Origin: Tissierellia bacterium
Lineage (GTDB): Bacteria > Bacillota > Clostridia > Tissierellales > Sedimentibacteraceae
Direction of reading: 5' to 3'
NCBI GenBank assembly: GCA_028709465.1
Contig: JAQVWY010000006.1
Span: forward strand, 4,536 to 68,535
DNA length: 64,000 nucleotides
Positions 1 to 9,443 of this stretch are shown piece by piece (the stretch's first letter is position 1; every line of letters starts with the position of its first letter). The notes under the pieces were generated by a model. The model searched no databases. It saw nothing but the letters and a program-made list of their open reading frames with translations, and had not been told where the DNA came from. The position numbers were made by a program, and so were the translations under genes.

Positions 1-753
1 TCTGGTATTATGGCATCTGGTTTTCAAAATAATAAAGAGGCTGTATTTATTGATATTGGCACAAATGGTGAGCTTGCAGCATTAAAGGATGGGCATATTA
101 TATCCACATCTACCGCAGCTGGTCCAGCATTAGAAGGAATGAATATAGAATGTGGATGCCGTGCAGAAATGGGGGCCATAGAAACTTTTCAAATAGATGA
201 AGATTTTAATATTCATTACACAACAATAGGAAATGTTAAACCAATAGGAATTTGTGGCAGTGGACTTATAGATATAGTTGGAGCGTTCGTTAATAGGGGT
301 ATCCTAATGAAATCTGGTAGGTGGAGTAAAAATCTAAATTCTAAATTGTCTGATAGAATAAAAGACAAGAAATTTTATATAACTGAAGATATATATATAT
401 CACAAAAGGATATAAGACAAATTCAACTAGCTAAGGGGGCTATAGCTGCTGGCCTAATTCTTATGTTAGAGGAAATAGGAATGAAGATAGATGAAATATC
501 AATGGTATATATAGCAGGTGCATTTGGATATCATATAAATCCAGATAATATAAAGATAATAGGGTTAATTCCTAAAGGATTTAATGGAGAAATAAGATTT
601 TTAGGTAATACTTCATTAGAAGGTGCAAGATTAGCTTTGATAAATAAGAGATTTTTTGAAGAAGTAAATGATATTATGAGAAAGATGGAAGTATTGGAAT
701 TATCTCTTAGAGAAAATTTCCAAGGTGTTTTTGTTTCCCAATTAAATTTCTAA
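1..753 (+). CDS. ASKHA-fold corrinoid reductive-activase-like protein (DUF4445 type), C-terminal part; 5' end outside window
   Basis: Frame open from nt 1. Motifs DIGTNGE, STAAGPALEG and GICGSGLID fit the actin-like ATPase domain of RACo/RamA-type corrinoid activases. Confidence 0.6.
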   Translation, partial: SGIMASGFQNNKEAVFIDIGTNGELAALKDGHIISTSTAAGPALEGMNIECGCRAEMGAIETFQIDEDFNIHYTTIGNVKPIGICGSGLIDIVGAFVNRGILMKSGRWSKNLNSKLSDRIKDKKFYITEDIYISQKDIRQIQLAKGAIAAGLILMLEEIGMKIDEISMVYIAGAFGYHINPDNIKIIGLIPKGFNGEIRFLGNTSLEGARLALINKRFFEEVNDIMRKMEVLELSLRENFQGVFVSQLNF

Positions 754-766
754 AAGGAGTGATAAG

Positions 767-1630
767 ATGGCAGTTGATAACATATTTAAATGTACAGGAA
801 ATGAAATAGAATCAATACCTGATAGTATATTAGAAGAATTATCTATGTTTTCTATGTCCTATGAAGAAATAAATAATAATGCTTCTTACATTGCAAAATT
901 GTCAAAAGCTTTAAAAGAATATAAGAATAACAAGTATTGTGAATTACCATTTTGTCATACTGTAGAGGCCGAAGCTTTTGGATCAACAGTGAATTTCGAT
1001 CATAAGTATGGCAATAGAATTGGCGTATATGTAATTAAGGATATAAATTTAATAGAAGATATAAAAAACATTGATTTAGGTACTGGAAGAATTTATGAGG
1101 TTTTAAAGGCTATAAGCATATTAAAGAAAAATGGAGAAAATGTAATCCTTAATGTAACCGGTCCTATAACTATTGCAACATCTATTTTAGATAGTCAATT
1201 GTTATTTAGAGCTATTAGAAAAGATGCTGAAAAGGTTAATCAATTGTTAGAGAAAATTGAAAATGGCATAATAAATTATATATTAGAAGGTATAAACTAT
1301 GGAGTAGATATTGTTTCCTTTGCAGATCCAGCAGGAACTATTGATATAGTTGGACCTAAGGTATACAAAGAAGTATCAGGTAAATTTACATATAATATAT
1401 TAAAAAAACTTGAAGAACAATTAGGTGGTACCATAATACATATATGTGGAAAAACTTCAACCTCACTTGAATCTATTGGTCTATTAGACACCGAAAATTT
1501 ACATGTAGATGGGGATAATTATTTTGATATGATTGAAAATATTAGTAAGAATAATATAAAGTTCATTGGTCATTGGTGTTTGAAATTAAATAGGAAAAAT
1601 AGCATTATTTCTAAATGCATATTAAAGTAA
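767..1630 (+). CDS. Uroporphyrinogen-decarboxylase-fold methyltransferase (MtaA/CmuA-like methylcobamide methyltransferase family)
   Basis: aaggag RBS just upstream. FADPAG...HICGKT pattern typical of the URO-D/MtaA fold. Tightly follows the corrinoid activase gene. Confidence 0.5.
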   Translation: MAVDNIFKCTGNEIESIPDSILEELSMFSMSYEEINNNASYIAKLSKALKEYKNNKYCELPFCHTVEAEAFGSTVNFDHKYGNRIGVYVIKDINLIEDIKNIDLGTGRIYEVLKAISILKKNGENVILNVTGPITIATSILDSQLLFRAIRKDAEKVNQLLEKIENGIINYILEGINYGVDIVSFADPAGTIDIVGPKVYKEVSGKFTYNILKKLEEQLGGTIIHICGKTSTSLESIGLLDTENLHVDGDNYFDMIENISKNNIKFIGHWCLKLNRKNSIISKCILK

Positions 1631-1649
1631 ACAAACTTCTTCAGACTAT

Positions 1650-1679
1650 GTTATTCTTAAAGCGTAGCTTGAAGAATAC
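1650..1679. repeat. Half-copy of the palindromic intergenic repeat family (gttattcttaaagcgtagcttgaagaatac)
   Basis: Aligns with gtcattctgaaagcgcagcttgaagaatctc at 48078-48108 with a few substitutions. Confidence 0.6.
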
Positions 1680-1787
1680 AGGTTTTGTTAATAGTATAAA
1701 TTTTAAGAGTCTTATTAATTTTATAAAACATTATAAACAATTCACCTCTTTTATTAATTTACATAAACTATATGGAGGTGATTTTCT

Positions 1788-2690
1788 ATGGAGTATGTTG
1801 AAAGTGTTATCGTATCAGGAATGAGTCAGGACAAATATATATTGCTTAAGCTAGGAATTAAAAATGATGACAGTTATGAATTAAATAAGATATTACATTT
1901 TATAGATACAGAAAAAAGAGCTTTACACAGCATTTTTTATTCTGATAATGTTGTATATATGGTAGATTCTTTTAATAATAAAGTAATTAAATTCGATTTT
2001 GCATCTAATTCATGCAGTGACGTAACTGTGGGAAGGGATCCTCGTCACCTGTGTTTAAATAAAGATAATATCTATGTAACAAACTTTGAATCTGATAATA
2101 TTTCTGTTATAGACAATAACAGTTTTACATTAGCAGGTTCTATTCCTGCTGGAATAAAGCCTCATGACATTAAATATTATCATAAAGATAATAATCTTTA
2201 TGTATCATGCTATGAAGAAAATCAAATAATTCAGTTGAATCCACATAGTGGAGAGACTAAGTGTTTAGAAACTGATGGTAAGCCTATGCATATTTTTGTA
2301 GATGATATTTTAATAGCTATGACATACTATGCAAATGGAAACATTTATTCTAAAATTAATTTTTTAAATTTTGAGACTAATAATATAGAAGATATAATAA
2401 AAATAAAAGGACTTGCATCTGATATTGAATATGATTATGTTCATAAATTATTATATGTAATCAATATAGAAGATAAAAGCATATACATAATAGATGCAAT
2501 AAAAAGAAAAATAATAAAAAAAATACAATTAGGTGGCTATCCAGAAAGCCTAACAGTCGGTGAAAATTATTTGTTAGTAACAAATTCAAAGAAAAAATTG
2601 ATAACATTAATTGATATTGAAACTTTAACAATATATAAAAATATTGAACTGGAGTTTACACCAGATTGTATTAAAATAATAAGAACTTAA
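1788..2690 (+). CDS. YVTN-family beta-propeller repeat protein
   Basis: ggagg RBS 10 nt upstream. Repeated YVTN-like strands (IYVTNFESDNISVID, LYVSCYEENQIIQL, LLVTNSKKKLITLID). Confidence 0.6.
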   Translation: MEYVESVIVSGMSQDKYILLKLGIKNDDSYELNKILHFIDTEKRALHSIFYSDNVVYMVDSFNNKVIKFDFASNSCSDVTVGRDPRHLCLNKDNIYVTNFESDNISVIDNNSFTLAGSIPAGIKPHDIKYYHKDNNLYVSCYEENQIIQLNPHSGETKCLETDGKPMHIFVDDILIAMTYYANGNIYSKINFLNFETNNIEDIIKIKGLASDIEYDYVHKLLYVINIEDKSIYIIDAIKRKIIKKIQLGGYPESLTVGENYLLVTNSKKKLITLIDIETLTIYKNIELEFTPDCIKIIRT

Positions 2691-2753
2691 CCTATTAAAG
2701 AAATCAAAGATTTATACAGATCTCGATAACCTTGTTTTATTTACAATAGTAAA

Positions 2754-3284
2754 TTAATCTAATTCTGTAGTTAATGTTTTTATTATGCTGCCGAAAATTT
2801 CTTCAGGATTTAAGTCCCACTTTTTGCAAATATTTTTTGCAAGATTTTCTGTTGGGACATTTATGCTTAAACTAAATATTACTGTTTCATTTTCTGTAAC
2901 TTGAAGATTAACTATAAAAGCATCCTCTTTAATTTTATAATAATGTCCAATCAATTCCCTTTGTTTTTTTAATTCTTTTTTTAAATGGGAAAAATTTGAA
3001 GACACCTCATCTTTAAAGTATTCTGGAAGTATATCTCCAAACATCTCTAAAGCTTCTTTACCAGCTTCTGCAATTTCATAATATTCATTTCCATTTTTAG
3101 AAGTTAATTTAATAAATTTAGAGTCACATAAATTACCTAATAATTGTTGTAATGAAAAATAGTCCATGTAATTGTTTTCCAATATACAATTTGTGATTTC
3201 AATGTTTGTAAGTGGAATATCAATAAATTTAAGTATATATAAAAGTTTAAGTTTATCTTGAGCAATTTTATTACCGCTTTCCAT
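2754..3284 (-). CDS. DUF4364-family protein (putative winged-helix regulator)
   Basis: 176 aa. N-terminal KLKLLYIL...PLTN..I pattern recalled from clostridial DUF4364 proteins. ggaggt RBS on the minus strand. Confidence 0.5.
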   Translation of the reverse strand: MESGNKIAQDKLKLLYILKFIDIPLTNIEITNCILENNYMDYFSLQQLLGNLCDSKFIKLTSKNGNEYYEIAEAGKEALEMFGDILPEYFKDEVSSNFSHLKKELKKQRELIGHYYKIKEDAFIVNLQVTENETVIFSLSINVPTENLAKNICKKWDLNPEEIFGSIIKTLTTELD

Positions 3285-3421
3285 TATAACCTCCTAAAAT
3301 ATATTATATGTATTATACCAAATATTTAGTTTTTAACAATATTAAATTTAAAATATGCATATAGACTTTTTTATTAATTTATAATACAATAAAGTATATA
3401 TTGACAAAGGGGGATATCATA

Positions 3422-4543
3422 ATGAAGTTTAAAATTAAATTTTTTACAACAATACTAATATTTATGGTAATAAGTTTCACAGGATGCTCATTAAATGATG
3501 ATTCTAAACCAATTATTGCACCAGTGAATAACGATGATATAACAAAAAATAATATTGAAGAAACTTCTGTAAATTTTCCAACAGAAGAGGAAATAGAAGA
3601 AAAAGAGGAGGTTCCTGCAAAGAATCCTTTAGAAGAAATTGATATGACATTGAATCCAAATGAAATGGGTGAAATTATGATTCTTATGTATCATGGTATT
3701 GCAGAAAAAGAAACTACATGGGAAAGAACACCTGAAAATTTTCGTAAAGATTTAGAATATATGTATCAAAATGGTTTCAGAATGATAAGTTTAAATGATT
3801 ATGCAAAAGGGATAATTAATACTGAAGCAGGATATACACCAATTATATTGACTTTTGATGATGGAAGGCAAAATAATTTTAATATAATTGAAAAAGAAAA
3901 CGGTGAAATTGAAATTGATCCTAATTGTGCTGTAGGAATATTAGAAGAATTTAAGGAAAAATATCCTGACCTTAATGTTACTGCTAGCTTTTTCTTAGGT
4001 ACTAATATTTTTGGACAAGAAAAATATAAGGAATACAAGCTTAAATTTTTAATTAATAATGGTTATGATATAGGAAATCACACCCACAGTCATAATAGAA
4101 TGGCTAATCAAAATAAGGATGAAATTATTTTTGAATTAGGATCTATAAATAATATAATTAATTCTTACTTACCAGATTATAAAGTTGAAACATTAGCTTT
4201 GCCAGAAGGAAGCAATCCAAAGGATGAATTTTTAAATGATGCCGTAGAAGGTGAGTTTGAAGGCAATGAATATAAGCATGTGGCGGTACTAGATGTAGGA
4301 TGGAGGCCTGCGTTTTCGCCTTTTGATACAGATAATGATTTTACTAATCTTTATCGTGTAACCGCTAGCGAAATCAATGTTGATGGATGCGGAATCACAG
4401 ATTATTTTAAACAATATTCTAATGGAAAAAGAAATATATTTATAAGCGATGGAAATCCCGATGTAGTTACATTTCCTAAAAAATTTGAAGAATATATTAA
4501 CATGGATATTGTAGGGGATAGAATATTAAATATATATGAATAG
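3422..4543 (+). CDS. Polysaccharide deacetylase (NodB-fold) lipoprotein
   Basis: Start moved to the ATG after aaggggga. Lipobox FTGCS. Canonical NodB motifs TFDDG and HTHSH. Confidence 0.75.
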   Translation: MKFKIKFFTTILIFMVISFTGCSLNDDSKPIIAPVNNDDITKNNIEETSVNFPTEEEIEEKEEVPAKNPLEEIDMTLNPNEMGEIMILMYHGIAEKETTWERTPENFRKDLEYMYQNGFRMISLNDYAKGIINTEAGYTPIILTFDDGRQNNFNIIEKENGEIEIDPNCAVGILEEFKEKYPDLNVTASFFLGTNIFGQEKYKEYKLKFLINNGYDIGNHTHSHNRMANQNKDEIIFELGSINNIINSYLPDYKVETLALPEGSNPKDEFLNDAVEGEFEGNEYKHVAVLDVGWRPAFSPFDTDNDFTNLYRVTASEINVDGCGITDYFKQYSNGKRNIFISDGNPDVVTFPKKFEEYINMDIVGDRILNIYE

Positions 4544-4558
4544 TGAGAGCACGAGCTT

Positions 4559-4614
4559 AATTCGTTGCCAATGACCTGCCACTAGGGCATCTTTTACTAT
4601 TGTTCAGTATGACA
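4559..4614. repeat. Intergenic repeat family, short variant lacking the internal hairpin module
   Basis: aattcgttgccaatgacc...agggcatcttttactattgttcagtatgaca aligns with both ends of the 23847 and 39691 copies. Confidence 0.65.
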
Positions 4615-4673
4615 GAAATTCTATGTTTATTTTTAAACGTATTAATTTGAAGTTTAAAATTGAGGTATAAATT

Positions 4674-4850
4674 ATGAAATATAAAATTGATTCTGAAAAA
4701 TGCAGGAAATGCAAAATGTGTTTAAGATCAAGATGTAAAGCTATTATATCAGCAGATAAAATGTATATTGATTTTAATAAGTGCAACGGTTGTGGAATTT
4801 GTTCTAATATATGTCCTATGAATGCCATTATGAAAGTTGAAGAAAAATAA
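4674..4850 (+). CDS. Small 2x[4Fe-4S] ferredoxin-like protein (58 aa, absent from ORF track)
   Basis: Hand translation: MKYKIDSEKCRKCKMCLRSRCKAIISADKMYIDFNKCNGCGICSNICPMNAIMKVEEK. Contains CxxCxxC...C and CxxCxxCxxxCP motifs; gagg RBS 8 nt upstream. Confidence 0.7.
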   Translation: MKYKIDSEKCRKCKMCLRSRCKAIISADKMYIDFNKCNGCGICSNICPMNAIMKVEEK

Positions 4851-4884
4851 TTATTTATTAAATATAATAGATGGAAGTGATATT

Positions 4885-5598
4885 ATGTATAGTGAGTTGC
4901 AAGAAATAATATTATCTAGTGATAATATAGTGTTTTTTGGCGGTGCAGGTGTTTCAACAGAAAGCGGTATTCCTGATTTTCGAAGTGTAGATGGCATATA
5001 TAATCAAAAATATAAATATCCACCTGAAATTATGCTATCATATAGTTTTTTTAAGAATAATACGGCGGAGTTTTACGATTTTTACAGAGATAAAATGTTG
5101 TTTTTAGATGTTTTGCCCAATAAAGCTCATTTTAAATTAGCTGAATTAGAAAAGAAAGGGAAATTAAAAGCTGTTATAACTCAAAATATAGACGGCTTAC
5201 ATCAAAAGGCAGGTAGTAGAAATGTATTAGAACTTCATGGTTCTGTACATCGAAATTATTGTATGGAATGCGGGAATTCCTATGATGTTTATTTCATAAA
5301 AGATAGTAAAGGTATACCTAAATGTAAATGTGGAGGTATTGTTAAGCCAGATGTCGTTTTATATGAGGAAGGCCTTAATGAAGAAGTATTAGAACAATCT
5401 GTGAAATATATTGAAAATGCAGATGTATTAATAATTGGAGGGACTTCATTGGTTGTATATCCAGCTGCTGGATTAATTAACTATTATAGGGGCAAAAAAT
5501 TAGTGCTAATTAATAAATCAATCACTTCTTTAGACAGAAAGGCAAATGTTGTTATAAATGAGAGTATAGGAAGTGTATTAAACGAAATCTTAATATAA
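4885..5598 (+). CDS. cobB: NAD-dependent protein deacylase (Sir2 family)
   Basis: GAGVSTESGIPDFRS, TQNIDGLH, ELHGS, and Zn cysteines CxxC...CxC. Start moved to MYSELQ because the upstream extension overlaps the ferredoxin ORF. Confidence 0.85.
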   Translation: MYSELQEIILSSDNIVFFGGAGVSTESGIPDFRSVDGIYNQKYKYPPEIMLSYSFFKNNTAEFYDFYRDKMLFLDVLPNKAHFKLAELEKKGKLKAVITQNIDGLHQKAGSRNVLELHGSVHRNYCMECGNSYDVYFIKDSKGIPKCKCGGIVKPDVVLYEEGLNEEVLEQSVKYIENADVLIIGGTSLVVYPAAGLINYYRGKKLVLINKSITSLDRKANVVINESIGSVLNEILI

Positions 5599-5671
5599 AT
5601 AATTTATTTATTGGGATTTTGTAATAGTTAATTTAAAAAAAGATAATTTTACAAATGAATGGAGAAATTTG

Positions 5672-6469
5672 ATGTTTACAATAGATAATTACGTTATGGC
5701 AGAAAATCTAGAAGAAGCTTATTCTCTTAACCAAAATAGGAGAAATGTAATTTTAGGCGGAACTATGTGGCTTAGATTAGGTAGGAAAAAAATTGGAAAA
5801 GCAATTGATTTATCATCTTTAGGACTTAACAATATTGAAGAAGACGATGAAAAATTTACTATTGGATGTATGTGTACTTTGAGAAATATTGAAACAAACA
5901 AGAGTTTAAACAAATATTTTAATGGGATTATAGCTAAATCAGTTAATAATATAGTAGGCGTGCAACTAAGAAATGGTGCAACAATAGGTGGTACATTATT
6001 TTCTAGATTTGGATTTTCAGATGTTTTAACAGCACTGTTATCTTTGGATACTTATGTAAATCTTTATAAAGGAGGAATCGTTCCTTTATCAGATTTTGTT
6101 AACATGCCCTTAGATAATGATATACTCATTAATGTTATTATTAAAAAAGATAGCAGAAGAGCATCTTATTTGACACATAGAAAAAGTTCATCTGACCTAC
6201 CTGTATTAGCATGTGCAGTATCAAATTACGATGGTGAATGGAATGTTGTTTTAGGGGCAAGACCTATGAAGGCAAAATTAATAAATATCAAGAAAAATTA
6301 TAATTTAACTAAAGATGATGTTGTTGAGGAAATGCTAGAAATAATAAAACAAAATATTGGGTTTGGTTCTAACTATCGCGGAAGCGGAAAATATAGACAA
6401 ATACTTGCTGAAGTTTTAGTGAGAAGAAATATTGATGAAATTATATCAGGGGGCAATCATGGAAATTAA
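5672..6469 (+). CDS. FAD-binding subunit of xanthine dehydrogenase-family molybdoenzyme (CoxM-like)
   Basis: ~265 aa, size and position typical of the medium subunit. Overlaps the start of the 2Fe-2S subunit gene. Confidence 0.75.
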   Translation: MFTIDNYVMAENLEEAYSLNQNRRNVILGGTMWLRLGRKKIGKAIDLSSLGLNNIEEDDEKFTIGCMCTLRNIETNKSLNKYFNGIIAKSVNNIVGVQLRNGATIGGTLFSRFGFSDVLTALLSLDTYVNLYKGGIVPLSDFVNMPLDNDILINVIIKKDSRRASYLTHRKSSSDLPVLACAVSNYDGEWNVVLGARPMKAKLINIKKNYNLTKDDVVEEMLEIIKQNIGFGSNYRGSGKYRQILAEVLVRRNIDEIISGGNHGN

Positions 6470-6914
6470 CTTATGGATAAATGGTAAAGAATTTAAGGAT
6501 GATGTACTACCTGATACAGTTTTAATTGATTTTATAAGATCTAAAGGTTTTTATAGCGTAAAAAGAGGATGTGAAACTTCCAATTGTGGGTTATGTACAG
6601 TATTGATGGATGGAAAACCCATTCTTTCATGTTCTACGCTTGCATTACGTGGAAACGGACATGATATTACTACTATAGAAGGTATTGAGGAAGAAGCCTT
6701 AGAATTTGGTGGCTTTATGGCTGACCAAGGAGCTGAACAATGTGGTTTTTGTAGCCCTGGATTTATAATGACTGTTATTGCTATGAAAAATGAATTAACA
6801 AATCCAAGTGAGGAAGAAATTAAAAATTACCTTAATGGTAATTTGTGCCGTTGTACAGGCTATATGGGTCAATTAAGAGCTATAAAGAAATATCTTGAAA
6901 AAGGTAGTAAATAG
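6459..6914 (+). CDS. (2Fe-2S)-binding small subunit of xanthine dehydrogenase-family molybdoenzyme
   Basis: GCETSNCGLCTV and CGFCSPG...CRCTGY cluster motifs. Start at MEINLWINGK. Confidence 0.85.
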   Translation: MEINLWINGKEFKDDVLPDTVLIDFIRSKGFYSVKRGCETSNCGLCTVLMDGKPILSCSTLALRGNGHDITTIEGIEEEALEFGGFMADQGAEQCGFCSPGFIMTVIAMKNELTNPSEEEIKNYLNGNLCRCTGYMGQLRAIKKYLEKGSK

Positions 6915-6922
6915 GAGGACTT

Positions 6923-9217
6923 ATGAAAGTAGTTAATAAAGGAATAAGAAAAAAAGATGCTATGTCCTTAGTGACTGGTAAACCTGTGTATACAGATGAT
7001 ATTACTCAAGGCAGCTATTTGGTAGTAAAATTATTGAGAAGTCCTCATGCACATGCTTTAATAGAAGATATAGATATTGAAAAAGCAAAAAATCTACAAG
7101 GTATAGAATGTATATTGACTTATAAGGATGTTCCACAAGTAAGATTTACTACAGCAGGTCAATCTTATCCAGAACCAAGTCCATATGATCGTTTGATTTT
7201 AGACAAAAGAATAAGATGTGTTGGCGATCCTGTGGCAATTGTTGCTGGAATAGATGAAAAAACTGTTAATAAAGCTTTAGATAGAATTAAAGTTAAATAT
7301 AATGTATTAGAACCTATTCTTGATTTTACAAAAGCAAAAGATAATAAAATAATAGTTCATCCAGAGGATAATTTTAAAGCTCTTGATAGTATTGGAGCAG
7401 ATAATAAAAGAAATTTATGTGCTTCAGAATGTACGGAATATGGAAACGTAGAAGAAGATTTTAATAAATGTGCTCATGTTATTGAAAGGACTTATCATAC
7501 TAAGGCTAATAATCAAACTATGATGGAAACTTTCAGAACAGCTACTAATATTGATGCATATGGAAGATTAAATATTATAAGCTCTACACAAGTACCATTT
7601 CATGTGAGAAGAATAGTTGCTAATGCTCTTCAAATACCTAAATCTAAAGTAAGAGTTATTAAACCAAGAATAGGCGGTGGATTTGGAGCTAAACAATCCG
7701 TTGTATCAGAAATTTTTCCTTCAGTTGTTACTATTAAAACAGGAAAGCCTGCGAAGTTGATATATTCTCGTAAGGAGTCTTTCACAAATGGGAGCCCTCG
7801 CCATGAATCAGAAATAACTGTTAAAATAGGTGCTGATGAAAATGGAATAATTAAGGTTATTAGTATGCATACTCTTTGGAATGCAGGAGCATATGGAGAT
7901 CACGGGCCTACAACAGTTGGACTAGCAGGTCACAAAGCAATGACCATATATAAATCTATGAAATCATTTAAATTTGATTATGAAGTAATTTATTCTAACA
8001 CTATGGGTGCTGGAGCATATAGGGGTTACGGAGCAACTCAAGGTTTTTTTGCTTTAGAATCAGCAGTAAATGAGTTGGCGGCAGAGCTTAATATGGATCC
8101 GACAGTACTTAGAATGAACAGCATGCTTTCAGGGGAGCATGTAGGTGAAACTATGCCTTCTTATTTTAATGAAGTTTTAAACAGCTGTAATCTTGATAAG
8201 TGTTTAATTAGAGCTAAGGAAATGATAGATTGGGACAGAAAATATCCATTTATTGACATAGGTAACAATAAAGTAAGATCAGTAGGCTGTGCAGTTGCAA
8301 TGCAAGGATCTGGAATTTCAGATGTTGATGTTGGAGCTGTTGAAATAAGGCTTAATGATGATGGATTTTACACGTTAATGATTGGGGCTACAGATATGGG
8401 AACAGGCTGTGATACGATTCTTGCTCAAATGGCTGCTGAAGCATTAGATTGTGATTTTGATAATGTTGTTGTTCATGGTGTAGATACTGACCTTTCTCCC
8501 TATGATACTGGCTCCTATGCATCAAGTACAACTTATATTACGGGAATGGCTGTTGTTAAAGCCTGTGAATCATTAAGAAGTAAAATTATTAATGAAGGCG
8601 CAAGACTTATTGGATGTTTACCTAATGAAGTAGATTTTGATGGTGAGAAAATTTATTCTTTAAATAATGAAAAACAAATTTCATTAAAAGATATTGGCAA
8701 TGAAAGCTTTCTTGGGTTTAATAATTATTTAACAGCTAGTGCATCTCAAAGTTCTCCTGTATCTCCTCCACCTTTCATGGCTGGATTGGTAGAATTAGAA
8801 ATTGATAAACTAACTGGAAAAATTGATATTATAGATTATGTGGCAGTTGTTGATTGCGGAACTGTAATTAATCCAAATCTTGCTCGTGTTCAAACTGAAG
8901 GCGGTATTGTTCAAGGAATAGGAATGGCGTTGTATGAAGATATAATTTTTGATGAAAATGGTCGAATGGTAAATGATTCCTTCCTTCAATATAAGATACC
9001 TGCTCGGAATGACGTAGGAACCATAAGGGTAGAATTTGAACCAAGTTATGAACCTACAGGACCTTTCGGAGCTAAATCTATAGGAGAAATAGTTATAAAC
9101 ACTCCTAGCCCAGCAATAGCTAATGCTGTATACAATGCAACAAAGGTAAATATTAGAAAATTGCCTATTACAAGTGAAAAAATAGTAATGGGAATTCTAG
9201 ATATTGAAAATAAATAA
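6923..9217 (+). CDS. Molybdopterin-binding large subunit of xanthine dehydrogenase/aldehyde oxidase family
   Basis: 764 aa. GGGFG(A)K and YRGYG motifs, C-terminal GE..I region. Confidence 0.85.
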   Translation: MKVVNKGIRKKDAMSLVTGKPVYTDDITQGSYLVVKLLRSPHAHALIEDIDIEKAKNLQGIECILTYKDVPQVRFTTAGQSYPEPSPYDRLILDKRIRCVGDPVAIVAGIDEKTVNKALDRIKVKYNVLEPILDFTKAKDNKIIVHPEDNFKALDSIGADNKRNLCASECTEYGNVEEDFNKCAHVIERTYHTKANNQTMMETFRTATNIDAYGRLNIISSTQVPFHVRRIVANALQIPKSKVRVIKPRIGGGFGAKQSVVSEIFPSVVTIKTGKPAKLIYSRKESFTNGSPRHESEITVKIGADENGIIKVISMHTLWNAGAYGDHGPTTVGLAGHKAMTIYKSMKSFKFDYEVIYSNTMGAGAYRGYGATQGFFALESAVNELAAELNMDPTVLRMNSMLSGEHVGETMPSYFNEVLNSCNLDKCLIRAKEMIDWDRKYPFIDIGNNKVRSVGCAVAMQGSGISDVDVGAVEIRLNDDGFYTLMIGATDMGTGCDTILAQMAAEALDCDFDNVVVHGVDTDLSPYDTGSYASSTTYITGMAVVKACESLRSKIINEGARLIGCLPNEVDFDGEKIYSLNNEKQISLKDIGNESFLGFNNYLTASASQSSPVSPPPFMAGLVELEIDKLTGKIDIIDYVAVVDCGTVINPNLARVQTEGGIVQGIGMALYEDIIFDENGRMVNDSFLQYKIPARNDVGTIRVEFEPSYEPTGPFGAKSIGEIVINTPSPAIANAVYNATKVNIRKLPITSEKIVMGILDIENK

Positions 9218-9226
9218 AAATGCTAT

Positions 9227-9257
9227 AAAACCCATCAAAATATGTGATGGGTTTTTT
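9227..9257 (+). terminator. Rho-independent terminator after the molybdoenzyme operon
   Basis: aaaacccatca / tgatgggtttt stem followed by a T run. Confidence 0.75.
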
Positions 9258-9443
9258 GCCAGGATAGGAACAGGAAAAATTAAAGAAAAGTTTATAGAAC
9301 TTTTTTTGAAGAGTATGAAAATATACAACCGAAATTTTAAAGGAAGTTCTATAAACTTGTCTATTGAAAATAAAGTATAAATAGGATATAATTTCCATAC
9401 AATAAATATTAGCATGAAATAAAATCCTGGAGGGTTGATATTT

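Noticed and set aside
1615-1824. 69-aa plus-strand ORF bridging the methyltransferase and YVTN genes.
   Set aside because: It overlaps both neighbours, spans a repeat-family unit and has no RBS. It is most likely intergenic.
4604-4828. 74-aa minus-strand ORF in the ORF track.
   Set aside because: It overlaps the plus-strand 58-aa ferredoxin ORF, which has an RBS and two Cys cluster motifs. The minus-strand product has no recognisable features.
9168-9415. Two overlapping minus-strand ORFs (76 and 72 aa) after the molybdoenzyme operon.
   Set aside because: They run through the plus-strand terminator and the 14-bp inverted repeat. The translations are low-complexity and there is no RBS.
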